A stretch of DNA of 64,000 nt from Mobula hypostoma (lineage: Eukaryota): NCBI RefSeq assembly GCF_963921235.1, contig NC_086097.1, forward strand, positions 162,442,001 to 162,506,000, given 5' to 3'. Of this stretch, positions 61,310 through 64,000 are shown piece by piece (position 1 is the stretch's first letter; the number at the start of each line of letters is the position of its first letter). The position numbers were made by a program, and so were the translations under genes. Under the pieces are notes generated by a model. It had not been told where the DNA came from, ran no database searches, and worked only from the letters and a program-made list of their open reading frames with translations.

Positions 61310-63075
61310 AAGATAAGATAAGATAAAGCTTAATTTATCCCAAAGGAATAAATAGATACTTTAGTCAGAAGTATGTACTTTAAAATACAAAATGTAAACA
61401 TTGAGGTATGAAAGAGAATACAAAATGTGCATTAAAAAGTAACAGTGCAAATAAAGATGTGCAATGAAACCATATACTAATTTACTTAAGGAGGAGGAGT
61501 TGTAGTCTATTATATCCACAGGAAGAAAGGATCTCCTGTGGCATTCAGTGGTACACCTTGGTGGAATCAATCTGTTACTAAAGGTGCTCCTCTGTTTGTC
61601 AGTCATGTGGATCGAGTCTAGAATAGCTCTGTTTGCTCTTGGAATGTTGAAGGTTGGAGGAGATATTGTCATGGAGGGGACAAGAGGGATTGTCCATAAT
61701 GCTCCATAGCTTCTGCGGCATCCTCCTCTCAGACACAACCATCAGGGAATCCAGTTCCACCCCACAGAACAGAACCAGCCTTCCTGGTGAGCTTATTGAT
61801 CTTCTTGATGTCAGCTGCTCTCACCCTCCAGCCCCAGCAGACTACAGCGTAGAATAGACTGCTGGCCACCACTGAGTTGTAGAACATCTGCAGCACAGCA
61901 CTGCAGACGTTGAATGGCCAGAGCCTTCTCAGGAAGTACAGTCTGCTTTATCTCTTCTAGTACAGAGCCCCTGTATTTCAGTCTAGCCCAGTTTATTGTC
62001 CAGGTGAGTTCCCAGGTATCTGTAGTCCCGGACAACTTCCACATCCATTCCCTTCACGTCCTACCTTCCTGAAGGCCACCACCAACTCCTTTGTCTTAGT
62101 GATGTTGAGCTGCAGGTGATTCAGTCCACACCACTCAACAAAGTTGTCCATCCCTCTTCTGTACTCAGCCTCCTGACCCCAACTGATACAGCCCACAACT
62201 GCTGAATCATCTGAAAACTTCTGCAGGTGGCAGGACTCCATGTTGTATCTGAGGCCGGAAGTGTAGACAGTGAACAGGAAGGGAGATGGGACAGTCCCCT
62301 GAGGTGCTCCTGTGCTGCTAACCACAGCATCTGATACATGGCTCTGTAATCTCACATACTGTGGCTGTCTGGACAGGTAGTCTGTAATCCAGGACACTAC
62401 TGGAGCATCCACCTGCATCTCCATGAGCTTACTCCCTAGAGAAGCAGGTCATATGGTGTTAAAGGCACTGGAGAAATCAAAGAACATGATTCTCACAGTG
62501 CTGCCTGGCTCATCCAGTTGGGTGTAAGCCCACTGAAACAGGGATATAACAGCGTCCTCGACTCCAATATGTGGTTGGTAAGCAAACTGCAAGGGGTCCA
62601 GTGATGGGTTTGTGATGCTCCAGGTGTGTGCCAGGACCAGTCTTTTTTATGATTTCATAACATGTGAGGTCAGTGTCACTGGCCTATAGCCACTTGGCGT
62701 GGTGGGTACTGGAACTAGGCAAGATGTTTTCCATAGCACAGGCACCCTCTCCAGGCTCCGAGTCAGATTAAAGATGTATTGAAAGAGCACGCACCTGGAG
62801 TACCCTTGGACTGATGCCGTCTAGGCCCAGAGCCTTGCCTGGGTGAATTCTGCAGAGCTCTCTCTCTCCTTACCTGCTCAGCAGTGGCAGTCCATGTGTC
62901 TGTGGTCGTTCTCTCTCCGGTGTTCTTGGAGAGAGACGGAGGGCAAGGGGTGAGAGGGGAGGAGCTGGGGGGTAGATGGGTTGTAGAGGGTAAACAGAAG
63001 CCTCCTCATCAAACCTGTTGAAAAACCCATTTAACTTGTTAGTCATGTCCCAGTCCCCTTCAATCACCTGGTGTT
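61310..63075 (-). mobile_element. Rex1/Babar LINE (another family), RT to 3' tail
   Basis: ORF 61993-62424 VSWITDYLS..PQYVRL..STGAPQGTVPSPFLFTVYT..LQKFSDDSAVVGCI..NHLQLNITKTKELVV; IMFFDFSSAFNTI at ~62450-62495; (ATCTT)n tail at 61310-61327. Confidence 0.9.
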
Positions 63076-63515
63076 TTTGTACCCGTTATCAAGAGCATAT
63101 CCCAAATGGTAAAGTATTTTAATGATGGATGCCTCTTTCTTGAGACATTGTCTTTTGAGGAAGTCCTCAGTGGTGGGAAGGTTTGTGGCTGTGATAGAGC
63201 TGGCTTTGGCCAACGTTCAGTAATATCTTTTACTTCAATGCTACTCTTTACTCAAATCCGATATTCCTTAGTTCCTCAAATACCTAAAAATTAATCGGTC
63301 TTTGTTTTGAATATACTTGGTGCTCGGGTAAAAATTTCAAAAGATTCACTCTTACCTGGGATGAAGACGTTTCTCCTCATCTCTATTCTGAAAGGCTCAC
63401 CCCTTTTTATTGAGATTGTCACTCTGGTTTTATACTCTATTACTCTGCACCTGCCTTTTGGGATCCGCAAGAATATTGTGTGTTGTGTGTGTGTGTGTGT
63501 ATGTATATATTTTTT

Positions 63516-64000
63516 GTGATTTTTTTTATTGAATTTCATCATCAAACAAACATTTCCACAAGATGTATTTCAGACACTGTACATATATATCATATAATCA
63601 TATTTGTCACAAATCTCCACTTAATACTTATCTGAGGTATATAGTTATAGAAAGGAGAGGAAAGAAAGAAGAATCGAAAGAAGAAAACTATGTACAGAGT
63701 CGGGAGTGATTTTTTTTAACAACATATTCATTGACTTGTGAGAATAAAATCAGGCCTACGAGGTGTTATGTAATTAAACCATTTTTCCAGTATGAATAAA
63801 ATTGTTCCAACTTATGATTAACAGATGCTGTTATCTTCTCCATTTTGTAAACGTCCATTGTAATTTCCATCCATACATTTAAAGTTGGGCTCTCCTGTGA
63901 TGACCATTTCCTGGTAAGGGTCTTTTTACCAGCCACCAGCAGTACATTCATTAAATATTTATTGCTTTTCAACCATTCTTGAGGTATATACCCAAAATAT
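63516..64000 (-). mobile_element. L1-clade LINE 3' end, running off the window
   Basis: ORF 63766-63972 LLVAGKKTLTRKW...ESPTL..W..I..DVYKMEKIT..W, followed by AATAAA and a poly(A)-like end near 63520. Confidence 0.8.

Noticed and set aside
1..64000. ORF-track entries as host protein-coding genes
   Set aside because: The recognisable ones are frameshifted RT, endonuclease, integrase or transposase fragments, or their antisense shadows. The rest are short, with no domain I recognise.
1..64000. Prokaryotic-type system (CRISPR array, retron, operon)
   Set aside because: There are no regularly spaced repeats and no operon-like gene density. All RTs belong to eukaryotic retrotransposon clades.

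Overview
This is AT-rich vertebrate genomic DNA, intronic or intergenic. The repeat complement (CR1, Rex1/Babar, Penelope-like, fish-type L1, V-SINE and DeuSINE-like relics) points to a cartilaginous fish, possibly a ray; that assignment is inference. I recognise no host protein-coding gene. The informative ORFs are decayed retrotransposon or transposase fragments, and the rest look like chance ORFs. Most of the window is nested mobile DNA: CR1 and Rex1/Babar LINEs, two L1 3' ends, Penelope-like elements, three Gypsy fragments, two solo LTRs, hAT and Tigger-type MITEs, and SINEs. The most notable signals are: (i) eight copies of a minimal type I hammerhead ribozyme motif in Penelope termini, three with intact cores, where element breakpoints fall repeatedly at or inside the ribozyme, including a 92-bp fold-back palindrome with a 13-bp target duplication; (ii) a nested composite MITE that shares modules with two other DNA transposons in the window; (iii) several unusual insertion or repair junctions; and (iv) repeat-poor islands, especially about 24.2-27.1 kb, that may hold conserved non-coding elements or small exons. 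Hammerheads in Penelope elements are already known, so I do not claim a new system; the ~100-nt hammerhead-bounded unit is the best lead. Family names come from recognising motifs by eye, with no database search. Boundaries without a stated TSD or TIR are approximate.
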